A stretch of 64,000 bases of DNA. Source: Blastocatellia bacterium. GTDB taxonomy: Bacteria; Acidobacteriota; Blastocatellia; Pyrinomonadales; Pyrinomonadaceae. Positions within the stretch are counted from its first letter, which is position 1. Every line of letters starts with the position of its first letter. Where the stretch lies: assembly GCA_963698325.1 (NCBI GenBank), contig CAVOQJ010000010.1:318245-382244 (forward strand). The letters are read 5' to 3'. The position numbers and the translations under genes are program-made. The notes under the pieces are model-generated. The model was not told where the DNA came from and ran no database searches. It worked only from the letters and a program-made list of their open reading frames with translations. Below are positions 1-9,871 of the stretch, one piece after another.

Positions 1-3000
1 GGTGTGGTTTCCAGCGTCTATTATAGCGACGCCCTGGATCGACCGACCCAAACGATCAGCGCAGTCAACCCGAGCACTTCCATCATGACCCAGGCCTCGA
101 TCAGTTACGATGACCTCAATCACACCGTCACCACGACCAGTGATCAAAGTACTTATGGTGATAACGCACTCATCGGCCAGACTCTTTACGACGGCTTGGG
201 CCGCACAATTGAACGGCGGCAGTACGAAGGCGGTACAAACTATATTACGGTGCAAACGCAGTATGACGCGTTGGGTCGTGCCTTCAAAGTATCGAATCCA
301 TTTCGGCCGTGGCAAAGTGAAGTCGCCATTTGGACCACCACCGTCTTTGATGCGCTTGGGCGCGTGCTTACTTTGACCACTCCGGACAGCGCCGTGGTGA
401 CCACCAGCTACAGCGGCAACACGGTGACCGTGACTGATCAGGCTGGTAAGCAGCGCAAGAGCGTGACCGATGGCCTGGGCCGTCTTAGGGAAGTTTATGA
501 GGACCCGACCGGGCTAAACTATCTGACGAGCTACGCCTACGATACGCTTGACGATCTGACTACTGTGACCCAGGGAGTGCAAACACGCAGCTTCGTTTAC
601 GATTCACTCAAACGCTTGTCTTCTGCCACCAATCCTGAGAGTGGGACTCTTAGTTATCAGTACGACGCGAATGGGAATTTGGTGGTGAAGACCGACGCAC
701 GAGGCGTCTCTTCCCACTATTCCTACGACGCACTGAACCGTTCGCTGCGGCGCTGGTACAACGGCTCTAGTCTGACCACTGCTACTGTCAATAACACTCC
801 CGCTTTGCCCTCCGGCGTTGGTTCTAGCGACGAAGCCAACTATTTTTATGATGCACAGACTCTGGCTATAGGCGCACCGACTTTCTCGCGCGGGTATTCA
901 ACCGGGCGTTTGGTAGCGATGACTTATGGCACCGGCAGCAGTGCTGGTGATTATTACGGCTACGATGCCGGCGGCCGCGCGCTCCTGAAGATTCAACAGA
1001 CCGGCGGCATCAATTTCCAGACGAGCGCTAGCTACAATCTGGTTGGTGCTCGCACCGGCGAGACCTATCCTTCAGGCCGCACGGTCAGCTATGCGTATGA
1101 CACCGCCGGTCGCACCAGCAGCTTCACTGGCAATTTGGGTGACGGCGTCAATCGCAATTACGCCACCGAGATTATTTATTCGCCGCTGGGCGGTATGACC
1201 AAGGAAAAGTTTGGCACCGACACCGCCCTTTACAACAAACTCTTCTACAACTCACGCGGGCAGTTGTCGGAGATCCGCGAGGGCACGAGCTACACCGGCC
1301 CGAACGACACCGGCTGGGAACGCGGCGCCATCATCAACTACTACGGCGATTGCTGGGGTATGTGTGGGGGCAGCAATAGCACTACGCCGATGACCAACAA
1401 TAACGGCAATCTGAAGAAGCAGGAGATATTCGTTCCCGGCGCCAGTTCGTGGTTGCAGCAATACGACTACGACAACCTGAATCGGTTGCAGGGTGTAAGT
1501 GAATCCACCGGCGGCACGACATTGTGGCGGCAGGAGTATGTCTACGATCGCTACGGCAATCGCACGATTCACCAAACAAATACCTGGGGCGCCGGCATCA
1601 ACAAGAAAGACTTCACGGTGAACGCGGCCAACAACAACCGCCTTGGTGTGCCCGCCGGACAAACCGGCACAATGTCTTATGACGCAGCCGGGAATCTCAC
1701 CACTGACACCTACAGCGCGGCAGCCGTGACCAGGACGTACGACGCGGAAAACCGCATGACCTCAGAAACGCAGGCGAACAGTTTCGTGGCCGGCGTCTAC
1801 ACCTACAATGCCGACGGGCAGCGCGTGCGGCGCACGGTCGGCGGTCAGCCCTCAGCCGTCACCACTTGGCAGGTGTATGGTTTCACTGGCGAGTTGCTGG
1901 CTGAGTATGCGGCCGCTGCCGCGCCCGCGAGTCCGCAGAAAGAGTATGGCTATCGCAATGGACAATTGTTGGTGACCGCAGTGCCGGCTGCCGGAGCGCG
2001 CGTGAATTTCGCTCTGGCCGCAAACGGAGGATACGCCACCGCTTCCTCTTCCCTCAGTTTGAGTTTCACTCCCAACGCTACTACAAACGGCGACCGTAAA
2101 GGAATTCATTGGGGAACCGGCCCGCTCACTGGCAGCGGCTGGGTCGACGTATCCAGCGGTGTTTTTCCTGACTGGCTGCAGATCGATTTCAATGCAACTA
2201 AGACGATTGACGAGATCGACGTTTTTACGATTCAGGACAACTACCTGGATCCAGTCGAGCCGACCGAGACCATGACGTTCAGCACCTACGGTCTGACGGC
2301 TTACGACGTGCAATACTGGAATGGCTCAGCTTGGGTGGCGGTGACTGGCGGCAGCACCAGCGGCAACAACAAGGTATGGCGGAAACTCACATTCTCGCCG
2401 GTTAGCACGAGCAAGATCAGAGTGCTTACCAACGCCGCGGCTGATAATGCCTACAGCCGGATGGTCGAGCTGGAGGCCTGGGGCACAGTCGGCGGAGGAG
2501 GAGTTGATCTAAACTGGCTGGTGGCGGACCAGTTGGGCACGCCGCGGATGGTGTTTGACAAGACGGGCGCGCTGGCAAACGTGAAGCGTCACGATTACCT
2601 GCCGTTTGGTGAAGAGTTGTCAGCGGGCGTGGGCCAGCGCACCACCACGCTCGGCTACAGCGTGGATGGGGTGCGGCAGAAGTTCACCCGCAAAGAACGA
2701 GATAATGAAACCGGCCTCGATTACTTCGAGGCACGCTACTATGCCAGCACGCAAGGAAGATTCACAGGCGCAGACAATCCCGGCTTTTCTAATGGGACTG
2801 ATCCTCAAACTTGGAACCTTTATGCTTACACGGCAAACAATCCCCTACGCCGCGTGGATCCGGATGGGCGTGATTGGTTTCAGATTGGCAGTGGGTATGG
2901 TGCTCGATTTGAATGGCATGAGGGTACGGAACACAAATACAGGGATGCGGACGGCAATGAACAGACGGCAACGAACGTCGGCACGCACTTGCTTGTATTT

Positions 3001-3549
3001 GAATTTTCCTTTAATGCCGACGGATCCATAAGAAGGAATTCCGATGGGGCAGCCGTTGGAACGCTCACGCTTTATAACCAGAACCAAGTGGCTGCACAAA
3101 ACACGGAAGCGTTTACAGGGGGTCGTGCATCCGATGGATCTCAGTACAATGATATCCCCCTCGGAGTTTTTACAATCCGCACAGACATAAGAGAGCGCGC
3201 CTCAGATGCGACTGCCTTAAAGCCTGATAATCCCCGGGAGTTGAGGCCGATCTATGGGCTTCAAGAAATCGATAGGTCCCTCGGGTTTGCTGATCCGTGG
3301 GGAACGAAGAGAGCAGCTCTGAACGAGTGGGATACTAGCCTGCCGAAGCCGTATCGAGGTAATTATCTACACGGTCATGACCGTGCATCAAGCTCCACCG
3401 CCGGGTGTATCGGTGATCGGCCGCAAACCGTGGTGGACGCCATTTTTTCAATAAACTCTAGGGTGACTCCAAGAGTAAAAGCGGTCGTCACCGATGGGCC
3501 TCCGAAGAGCCCTGATCTTCGGCCTGGACCGTATGTTATTCGCCCATGA
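1..3549 (+). CDS. RHS/YD-repeat polymorphic toxin (5' end outside window) with discoidin-like insert, RHS core and divergent C-terminal toxin tip
   Basis: Unbroken 1181-codon ORF with many YD repeats (YDALGR, YDANGN, YDAAGN, YNADGQR). RHS core reads [14 protein letters not shown]...[10 protein letters not shown]...[18 protein letters not shown]...[12 protein letters not shown], followed by an unrelated tail. Confidence 0.92.
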   Translation, partial: GVVSSVYYSDALDRPTQTISAVNPSTSIMTQASISYDDLNHTVTTTSDQSTYGDNALIGQTLYDGLGRTIERRQYEGGTNYITVQTQYDALGRAFKVSNPFRPWQSEVAIWTTTVFDALGRVLTLTTPDSAVVTTSYSGNTVTVTDQAGKQRKSVTDGLGRLREVYEDPTGLNYLTSYAYDTLDDLTTVTQGVQTRSFVYDSLKRLSSATNPESGTLSYQYDANGNLVVKTDARGVSSHYSYDALNRSLRRWYNGSSLTTATVNNTPALPSGVGSSDEANYFYDAQTLAIGAPTFSRGYSTGRLVAMTYGTGSSAGDYYGYDAGGRALLKIQQTGGINFQTSASYNLVGARTGETYPSGRTVSYAYDTAGRTSSFTGNLGDGVNRNYATEIIYSPLGGMTKEKFGTDTALYNKLFYNSRGQLSEIREGTSYTGPNDTGWERGAIINYYGDCWGMCGGSNSTTPMTNNNGNLKKQEIFVPGASSWLQQYDYDNLNRLQGVSESTGGTTLWRQEYVYDRYGNRTIHQTNTWGAGINKKDFTVNAANNNRLGVPAGQTGTMSYDAAGNLTTDTYSAAAVTRTYDAENRMTSETQANSFVAGVYTYNADGQRVRRTVGGQPSAVTTWQVYGFTGELLAEYAAAAAPASPQKEYGYRNGQLLVTAVPAAGARVNFALAANGGYATASSSLSLSFTPNATTNGDRKGIHWGTGPLTGSGWVDVSSGVFPDWLQIDFNATKTIDEIDVFTIQDNYLDPVEPTETMTFSTYGLTAYDVQYWNGSAWVAVTGGSTSGNNKVWRKLTFSPVSTSKIRVLTNAAADNAYSRMVELEAWGTVGGGGVDLNWLVADQLGTPRMVFDKTGALANVKRHDYLPFGEELSAGVGQRTTTLGYSVDGVRQKFTRKERDNETGLDYFEARYYASTQGRFTGADNPGFSNGTDPQTWNLYAYTANNPLRRVDPDGRDWFQIGSGYGARFEWHEGTEHKYRDADGNEQTATNVGTHLLVFEFSFNADGSIRRNSDGAAVGTLTLYNQNQVAAQNTEAFTGGRASDGSQYNDIPLGVFTIRTDIRERASDATALKPDNPRELRPIYGLQEIDRSLGFADPWGTKRAALNEWDTSLPKPYRGNYLHGHDRASSSTAGCIGDRPQTVVDAIFSINSRVTPRVKAVVTDGPPKSPDLRPGPYVIRP
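2002..2500 (+). other. F5/8 type C (discoidin)-like domain inserted between the YD shell and the RHS core of RHS1
   Basis: Segment [16 protein letters not shown]...[19 protein letters not shown]...[14 protein letters not shown]...KIRVLTNAA...[10 protein letters not shown] matches the usual discoidin/galactose-binding-like pattern. Boundaries are approximate. Confidence 0.6.
2872..3546 (+). other. RHS1 C-terminal toxin tip, YkuD (L,D-transpeptidase)-fold-like
   Basis: Starts directly after the DPDGR core end. Contains [10 protein letters not shown] (like the TPxGxFxI motif) and YLHGH-x8-STAGCIGD (like HG[T/H]...S/T-x-GC-I-R, the catalytic His/Cys of YkuD domains). Confidence 0.5.
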
Positions 3550-3588
3550 GTTCACTACACTTGGGATTGAAGTAGGGGGGACGAGGAG

Positions 3589-4230
3589 TTGAAGACAATG
3601 ATTCTTTTGTGGATCTTGTGTTGTGCTTTAAGCTGCGGTCGCTCTAATGCCATTGTGCCAGTTGCGCGGCAAGTGGCTGGAGCAAGCTCCGAACAAAACA
3701 CGCCGACCCTAACCAACAAGCAACTGGCAGCCGGGCCTATTGAGTTCTTTGCATCGTGGAAAGGTTCGTACATAAAACTTGAGCGATGGAAAGATACCAG
3801 CGATCCAAATATCGCTCATCCTGAAGCCTTTGATGTCTTGTGCCGAATAGAAAACAAGGGAGACTCGGCCGTCCAAGACGGTGACTTCATTCTCCTGACA
3901 ACTATTGACTTCATTATTGCCCCAACGTACCTGTATCAAGGTGAAGTACAAAAAATCATTCAGGAGCACAGCTGGAGTCGAGTCAATAGTATGGACGATG
4001 TCAAGATGGAGAAGATTCCTTACTTGAAACCTGGCGATCGGGCGCAAATCGGAATCAAAGGCTTCAACTTGGCCAAGACTTTCAAACAGTTTAACGGGGA
4101 AGAGGATACTCTTTGGCCGTGGGCACTGAGAGTGAACGTTCGCATTCTCAACCGCGATATGACCCAAGTTGCGCTTGGGCAAGCCATACTTCCAATGATT
4201 CCCGCTGATCGCAGATTGAGCACTAAATAG
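3589..4230 (+). CDS. Putative cognate immunity protein of RHS1, exported (signal peptide, possibly lipoprotein)
   Basis: Begins 40 nt after the RHS1 stop, preceded by a purine-rich GGGGGGACGAGGAG. The N-terminus MKTMILLWILCCALSCGRS is hydrophobic and Cys-containing. I recognise no family. Confidence 0.6.
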   Translation: MKTMILLWILCCALSCGRSNAIVPVARQVAGASSEQNTPTLTNKQLAAGPIEFFASWKGSYIKLERWKDTSDPNIAHPEAFDVLCRIENKGDSAVQDGDFILLTTIDFIIAPTYLYQGEVQKIIQEHSWSRVNSMDDVKMEKIPYLKPGDRAQIGIKGFNLAKTFKQFNGEEDTLWPWALRVNVRILNRDMTQVALGQAILPMIPADRRLSTK

Positions 4231-4299
4231 CGGCAGAACCCTATTCTTCGCCGGGTTCCGCTTCGCTCGGCTAGCTTTCTCTTAGCTGCTGGCGGTTCT

Positions 4300-5169
4300 T
4301 TGACAACTTGCTCTCGCGCGGAAGCGGGCGCGTGGTTCAACTACCCGTTCTTAACCCTCAAAGAACGGGATAACGAAACGGGGTTGGATTATTTCGTTGC
4401 GAGGTACTATTCAAATGCACAAGGTAGATTCACAAGTGTTGATCCCGAGAATGCGGGAGCAGATGTTAGTGACCCGCAGAGTTGGAATGGCTACGTCTAC
4501 ACTCGCAATGCGCCGACAGTTCTCGTCGATCCAGATGGGCGCGAGTTTGAAATCTGCTATTCAAACGGAGACTGTCACACCTACAGCGACGAGCAATTCG
4601 ACAAACTCAAAGCTGATGCGACCCAGCTTGGCTCAGTTTTTAAGGATAACAAGATCTATAACGAGGTCGATGGGAATCTGGTCGCAACTGCTAGCTATAG
4701 GCGCACCGGCGCTGATGACTTCAACGACTTTGCCAACGGCGTGTTCTTTGGAAGAGGTGAGAGCGCCGGACTCGTTGAGCGGGCTCCCGTCGCAGGAAAG
4801 GCGGCAGTCGGTGCATGGGCAGGAAGCCTCGTAGTCGGGGCTTCAGGCGGGTTGGCGCTCTATTATGGGCCTGCGGTCATCGGAGTCATCCTTGAACGCG
4901 GGCCCACCGTAATAAGTATCGGCGCGAAGATTGAAAAACAACTCAGGAAGCGCGGCTGGACTCAGGAAGAAGTTGAAACAACCGTGTCTCGACCATATAG
5001 GACGGTAAAAACAAGAGATACGAGACATTTGCCTAACGGTACTCGGATGAACGATCCTGCTACTGCTTACGTCAACAAGGATGGTAGCTATGTAGTCCGA
5101 AACGACCGTACTGGTGACATCGTTCAAATTTCAGACAAGGGCAAACCAGGCTGGAAATCGCCCTTTTAG
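4300..5169 (+). CDS. Orphan RHS C-terminal cassette 1 (core remnant plus toxin tip, no YD shell, no credible start)
   Basis: The frame is open from the immunity stop codon at 4228-4230. Core remnant reads [33 protein letters not shown]...WNGYVYTRNAPTVLVDPDGR, followed by a unique tail with a Gly/Ala-rich hydrophobic stretch and a ~80-aa C-terminal module. Confidence 0.8.
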   Translation: MTTCSRAEAGAWFNYPFLTLKERDNETGLDYFVARYYSNAQGRFTSVDPENAGADVSDPQSWNGYVYTRNAPTVLVDPDGREFEICYSNGDCHTYSDEQFDKLKADATQLGSVFKDNKIYNEVDGNLVATASYRRTGADDFNDFANGVFFGRGESAGLVERAPVAGKAAVGAWAGSLVVGASGGLALYYGPAVIGVILERGPTVISIGAKIEKQLRKRGWTQEEVETTVSRPYRTVKTRDTRHLPNGTRMNDPATAYVNKDGSYVVRNDRTGDIVQISDKGKPGWKSPF

Positions 5170-5177
5170 ACTCAAAG

Positions 5178-5525
5178 GTGATCATGCTGACAGAAACTCA
5201 AGTCTTTGAGCAGTTCGCGCCCATCGGAATCGTATCAGAAAATGGGGAAATATATATTCCGAAGAGGAAGGCGTCCGACTTTATTGATCTCTGTGAAAAC
5301 AATCAACTGGCCGTAATCGGAATGGAGGGATTCATTTATGAGGATAGCAAGTTTATTCCGCAACTAGATTTGATAGCTGACTACTCCTCTTCTGAGTTTG
5401 GGGACTGGATATCATACATGGAAACCTGCAATTCGGCAGCCCGAGCCTTTATTGAAAGCGCAAAATCTAAGGATAACCTCTTTTTCACTTTTGTTGTTTT
5501 ATCTCCCCAAGAAGTAACAAAGTGA
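5178..5525 (+). CDS. Putative immunity protein for orphan cassette 1 (cytoplasmic, acidic)
   Basis: 115-aa ORF starting 9 nt after the orphan tip stop. It has no signal peptide. The call rests on position in a toxin-immunity array. Confidence 0.55.
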   Translation: MIMLTETQVFEQFAPIGIVSENGEIYIPKRKASDFIDLCENNQLAVIGMEGFIYEDSKFIPQLDLIADYSSSEFGDWISYMETCNSAARAFIESAKSKDNLFFTFVVLSPQEVTK

Positions 5526-5593
5526 TTAGGGGTCTTCCGAACGGCTATCGCATTGCAGGTAGTTGCATTTTTACTATTGAGCGCGATTAAAGC

Positions 5594-5998
5594 TCTCGAA
5601 ATGGCAGCGTAAATGGACGATTCTCCCTAAAAAAAGAAAAAGGCGCACTTGCGTCGCAATCCGAGGTGGCTCAATGCTTTAACGGCGCCGAAAAATAGCT
5701 AAAAAAGAAAGAGGAAGGGTACAAGATCGGAAGATGAACTCCATAACCGCGCTTATCGGATGCGAGTTTACTATATATTGTGTATTCCGCAGTGATCTTG
5801 GCTGCAAAATTGTCCGACTTGCGAGGAAGCGACGCAGGTGTCGAAACTCTTTGACGCTTTGCAGAATGTCCGGATTTACTAACAAAATGACATCTCGCCA
5901 CATACGCCATCCCCTTGCCCGACCGTGGAAAATCGCTCACAAGCGCCCTTTTTTCTTTTTAGCGGCGAATCGTCCATTTACACTGCCATTTCGAGAGA
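5594..5998. repeat. MITE-like / invertible-segment-like element: ~58-bp imperfect terminal inverted repeats around a ~290-bp core
   Basis: Left arm CTCTCGAAATGGCAGCGTAAATGGACGATTC...AAAAAGAAAAAGGCGCACTT (5594-5650). It matches the reverse complement of 5941-5998 (AAGCGCCCTTTTTTCTTTTT...GAATCGTCCATTTACACTGCCATTTCGAGAG). Confidence 0.7.
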
Positions 5999-6016
5999 GT
6001 CTGCTGCTTAATTGAA

Positions 6017-9000
6017 GTGGCCACCTTTGGCGGTACGGCGCAACCACCCTCGAGCGGCTCCGGTGGCATCTTCACCGGCAACGTGACCACCAGTTACGAC
6101 GCAAACTTCACCACTGTCACCGATCAGAACGGAAAACTTCGCCGCAGTATGGTAGACGGTAGCGGCAGACTGGTGCGGGTTGACGAGCCAGACGGTAACA
6201 ACAATCTCGGGACGACCGTCAGCCCGGTTCAACCCACCAGCTATACCTATGACGTTTTTGGCAACCTGAGGACGGTGGTCCAGGGCTCGCAAACGCGCAG
6301 CTTCACTTACGATTCACTCTCTCGACTGCGCAGCGCGATAAACCCGGAGAGCGGCACTGTTAACTATACCTATGATGACAATGGCAACTTGCTGACCAAG
6401 ACCGATGCGCGCGGTATCACTAGCACCTACACATACGACGCGCTCAATCGCAACACGTTGGTTGATTATTCGGATGCGACGCCTGATTCCTATCGTCAAT
6501 ATGATTTGGCCATCAATGGTAAGGGACGAATCAACCAGGTTTGGCAAAGTGGATCAACAACAGCAGCGACTTACATTGATGAGTACGACGCACTGGGCAG
6601 GACTCGGGTGCAACGCCAACGCTTTGAGACAGGCGGCGTTTGGAGTGGGTCCTATAAAGTACAGCGCACTTACGACCTCGCCGGCCACGTGAAAACGCAA
6701 ACATATCCTTCCGGCCACACAGTCACTTACAACTACGATCAGGCCGGGCGTCTGGGCGATAAGGATGCTCAGAACCTGGCCTTCACCGGCAACCTCGGCG
6801 ACGGCGTGGCGCGCACTTACGCTACCGCGGTTACCTACAGCGCATTCGGCAGTTTGCAACAGGAGCAGTTTGGAACACAGACACCGCTCTATCACAAGCT
6901 GCACTATAATGTGCGGGGCCAACTCAATGACATTCGACTGAGCACGGTGGCTTGGGCGACTGACCAATGGAACTGGAACCGTGGCGCCATCGTCAACTAC
7001 TACGCCTCGGCTGAACTGGCATGCCCGACGCCTGCCTGTAGAGCCAACAGCGGACCGGACAACAACGGGAATCTGATCCGTATGCAGCATTGGATCCCCG
7101 CCAACGAGCAGATGAGCAGCTACAACTACACGGAGGATCGCTACACCTACGATTCCCTGAACCGGCTCAAGTCTGTTGCCGAGTACCATGGCTGGCAGAG
7201 CGGCTTCAGCGGGCAAGATTTCACGCAAATCTACGACTACGACCGTTGGGGTAATCGCACGATCAACCCGGCCACAACCAATGCGCCAGAGCCCCAGTTC
7301 ACCGCCAGCAGCGCTACTAACAGATTGGGTGTGCCTGCGGGCTACACCGGCCGAATGGACTACGACGCGGCCGGCAACCTCATAAACGACACTTACACCT
7401 CCTATGGAAGAACTGATGGAACTCCCACTCGCCTGTACGACGCTGAGAATCGTTTGACCACCGCCAAGGACGGCAGCCTCCAGGTGGTCAGCAGCTACAG
7501 CTACAACGCCGATGGCCAGCGCACGCGGCGCAAGGTAAATGGCGTGGAGACGTGGCAAGTCTATGGCATGGATGGCGAGCTATTAGGTGAGTACGCGTCC
7601 GGCGCCGGGGCCTATTTGCCGGCGACCGAATACGGTTATCGCGGCGGCGAGTTGCTCACAAGCATCAGCAGCGGTGACACGCAACGGTTGTCCCGCTTCG
7701 TTACCAACCTCTACTATGGCGCGCTGCAACGGGACCCGACCCCAGCGGAGTCGCAGGATAAGATTAATCAACTGGCTGCGGCCGGCGCCCAGAGTCAGGC
7801 GCAGTTGCTGACGATAGCGAGCCAGATTGCCCGTTCGCTTTTTACTTCCACCAACTACGAGACTTCGCCTTATAATTCCGACGTTCAATACGTCACGGAT
7901 CTTTACTATGCCTATCTGCAGCGCGGGCCGGACGACAGCGGACTCAATTTCTGGGCGGGACAAGCAGCGAGCAGTCGCGTGAATGTCTGCAACGCATTCG
8001 AGGCGAGCGGGGAGTTTCAGACGCTGGTAGCCACGCTCTACGGCACGGCTGCTTCGGACAACGAGCGCACGGAGCATTTTGTCAACGACTTCTACCTTGG
8101 CGCTTATGGCAGGAATGCAACTGCTACAGAGTTGCAGCAGCAACGCGATGCTCTGAACGCAGCAGCGGCACAAAGTCAGGCCTCAGTTCAAACACAGGCG
8201 GAAACGTTCGGGCGCTCGCTGTTTGTGACACAGGTCAATGATGCGAGCTTGAGCAACACGCAATACGTCACCAATCTTTACGAGGCATTCCTGCAACGTG
8301 GGCCTGATGCCGGCGGACTGAGCTTCTGGTCGGGACAGGCGAGCGTAGGAACTGGGCGGCAGAATGTCTTAAACGCATTTGCCACCTGCGGAGCGTTCAG
8401 AGAACTAGCCGGCACGCTTTATCGCGAAGCCAACTGGCTGGTCACGGATCACCTCGGGACGCCGCGCATGATCGTGAACAAGAGCGGTAGCCTGGCGAGC
8501 GTTAAGCGGCATGATTATTTGCCATTTGGCGAAGAGCTTTACGTCGGCACCGGGGGAAGAACCACCACACAAGGTTATAGTGGCGACAGCGTCCGTCAGA
8601 AGTTCACCCGCAAAGAACGGGATAATGAAACCGGCCTCGATTACTTTGGCGCCAGGTACTATGCGAGCACACAAGGAAGGTTCACAAGCGCAGATGAACC
8701 CCTCGCTGACCAAGATGAAGACGATCCACAAAGCTGGAATCTGTATCAGTATGCAGGAAACAATCCGCTGTTATTCACTGATCCCACGGGAATGTGGAAA
8801 TGGGTTGATCCAGACCAAAATGGTAATAGGTTTCTTCAATGGGAGGAAGGTGACGATTGGCAGACATTAGCCACGTTCTTGAACAACAATAGCGATGACA
8901 CCTATTACAGGGAAGACCTGGAAAAAGCCTTTTCCAGCGGCGGTCTTGGAGAAGAAACGATCGTTGACGTTACGGGTGCTATTCCGAAATTCACGAATAC

Positions 9001-9856
9001 TCGAGGTGGAGTTGATTCGAGTGTGAGTTGGGATCTTGTACCTTTTGGCGGCGGAGCTAAGGTCGCATCGAAAGCTGGCATTTTTCGAAGAATCGCACGG
9101 GCGTTCGGGTTTGGAGCAGCAAGGAATACTGTAAAGATTCCTGCGCGAAAAGCTTTGCCGGTTTTGGCGAGAGCAGTGTGTTTTGTTGCGGGAACACCAG
9201 TCCTGACAAAGGAAGGTTTGAAGCCGATCGAGGAAATCAAAGAAGGAGACAAAGTTCTCAGTTACAACGAACAGACCAAGCAAACCGAATACAAGACAGT
9301 AGTTCGAAGTATTGTTCGATTCGCGGAAGCAGAAAAATTGCTATTGGTAAAAGTTGAAGGCGAGGTTGAGACTTTAGGCCTAACAAATGAGCATCCGTTT
9401 TTTGTGCGGATCCACAGAGCGAGAGACAACACAGCAAGTGACAATGACGACGGCGAATGGCGAAAGGCGGGCGAGCTACAAGTTGGTGACTTAATCCGCA
9501 AAGCCGATGGAACTTGGGCGATAGTTGAGAACATCAGCCGGCGAAGTAAAGGCGAGGCGGTATACAACTTCGAGGTTCCTGACAACCACAACTACTTTGT
9601 CGGACAAACGAGTCTGCTGGTCCATAACAACGATGATTGCATCGTGAGGACATTACAAACCGGGGGGCGCAGAATAAGAAAGAGCACTGCCGAGGCATTA
9701 GGTCTCACTAAAGAACAAGCAAAAAACGCTATTGAAGCGTTGAAGAAAGCTGAGGGGGTGGGAAATAATGTCCATCAAAAAATCATGAGTAACGGTGATC
9801 TGGTTAATTCACACACGGGAGAAGTCATCGGGAATCTCCACGATTATGTGCCTTGA
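6017..9856 (+). CDS. RHS/YD-repeat protein 2, N-terminally truncated relative to RHS1, with DUF4214-like repeats, RHS core, Hint domain and short toxin tip
   Basis: 1279-codon ORF starting at a GTG right after a stop. Its first residues (VTTSYDANFTTVTDQNGKLRRSMVDGSGRLVRV) align to an internal part of RHS1 ([33 protein letters not shown]). Core reads WLVTDHLGTPRMIVN...[10 protein letters not shown]...[18 protein letters not shown]...NNPLLFTDPTGM. Confidence 0.9.
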   Translation: MATFGGTAQPPSSGSGGIFTGNVTTSYDANFTTVTDQNGKLRRSMVDGSGRLVRVDEPDGNNNLGTTVSPVQPTSYTYDVFGNLRTVVQGSQTRSFTYDSLSRLRSAINPESGTVNYTYDDNGNLLTKTDARGITSTYTYDALNRNTLVDYSDATPDSYRQYDLAINGKGRINQVWQSGSTTAATYIDEYDALGRTRVQRQRFETGGVWSGSYKVQRTYDLAGHVKTQTYPSGHTVTYNYDQAGRLGDKDAQNLAFTGNLGDGVARTYATAVTYSAFGSLQQEQFGTQTPLYHKLHYNVRGQLNDIRLSTVAWATDQWNWNRGAIVNYYASAELACPTPACRANSGPDNNGNLIRMQHWIPANEQMSSYNYTEDRYTYDSLNRLKSVAEYHGWQSGFSGQDFTQIYDYDRWGNRTINPATTNAPEPQFTASSATNRLGVPAGYTGRMDYDAAGNLINDTYTSYGRTDGTPTRLYDAENRLTTAKDGSLQVVSSYSYNADGQRTRRKVNGVETWQVYGMDGELLGEYASGAGAYLPATEYGYRGGELLTSISSGDTQRLSRFVTNLYYGALQRDPTPAESQDKINQLAAAGAQSQAQLLTIASQIARSLFTSTNYETSPYNSDVQYVTDLYYAYLQRGPDDSGLNFWAGQAASSRVNVCNAFEASGEFQTLVATLYGTAASDNERTEHFVNDFYLGAYGRNATATELQQQRDALNAAAAQSQASVQTQAETFGRSLFVTQVNDASLSNTQYVTNLYEAFLQRGPDAGGLSFWSGQASVGTGRQNVLNAFATCGAFRELAGTLYREANWLVTDHLGTPRMIVNKSGSLASVKRHDYLPFGEELYVGTGGRTTTQGYSGDSVRQKFTRKERDNETGLDYFGARYYASTQGRFTSADEPLADQDEDDPQSWNLYQYAGNNPLLFTDPTGMWKWVDPDQNGNRFLQWEEGDDWQTLATFLNNNSDDTYYREDLEKAFSSGGLGEETIVDVTGAIPKFTNTRGGVDSSVSWDLVPFGGGAKVASKAGIFRRIARAFGFGAARNTVKIPARKALPVLARAVCFVAGTPVLTKEGLKPIEEIKEGDKVLSYNEQTKQTEYKTVVRSIVRFAEAEKLLLVKVEGEVETLGLTNEHPFFVRIHRARDNTASDNDDGEWRKAGELQVGDLIRKADGTWAIVENISRRSKGEAVYNFEVPDNHNYFVGQTSLLVHNNDDCIVRTLQTGGRRIRKSTAEALGLTKEQAKNAIEALKKAEGVGNNVHQKIMSNGDLVNSHTGEVIGNLHDYVP
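7684..8425 (+). other. Four DUF4214-like repeats inserted before the RHS core of RHS2
   Basis: Recurring pattern: FVTNLYYGALQRDPTPAE, YVTDLYYAYLQRGPDDSGLNFWAGQ, FVNDFYLGAYGRNATATE, YVTNLYEAFLQRGPDAGGLSFWSGQ. Two of the repeats end in AFxxxGEF/AF. Confidence 0.6.
9179..9628 (+). other. Hint (hedgehog/intein-like, pretoxin-HINT type) domain in RHS2
   Basis: Starts CFVAGTPVLTKEGLKPIEEIKEGDKV and ends YNFEVPDNHNYFVGQTSLLVHN. The residue after HN is Asn rather than Cys/Ser/Thr, which favours cleavage over splicing. Confidence 0.8.
9629..9853 (+). other. 75-aa C-terminal toxin tip of RHS2, family unknown
   Basis: Sequence NDDCIVRTLQTGGRRIRKSTAEALGLTKEQAKNAIEALKKAEGVGNNVHQKIMSNGDLVNSHTGEVIGNLHDYVP follows the Hint domain. 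The call is positional only. Confidence 0.45.
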
Positions 9857-9871
9857 TTGGTATCGGTGAAT

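Noticed and set aside
6017-6019. GTG at 6017 as the genuine translational start of a complete RHS protein.
   Set aside because: The encoded N-terminus aligns to an internal part of RHS1, and no secretion or trafficking domain or obvious RBS is present. Treated as a truncated gene whose expression is uncertain.
6554-7558. 334-aa ORF antisense to rhs2, along with many similar antisense or alternate-frame ORFs inside rhs1, dnaJ, htrA, tolC, the kinase and others.
   Set aside because: These are shadow ORFs typical of GC-rich coding DNA. Their translations are Arg/Ala/Gly/Val-rich with no motifs, while the opposite frame carries clear family signatures.
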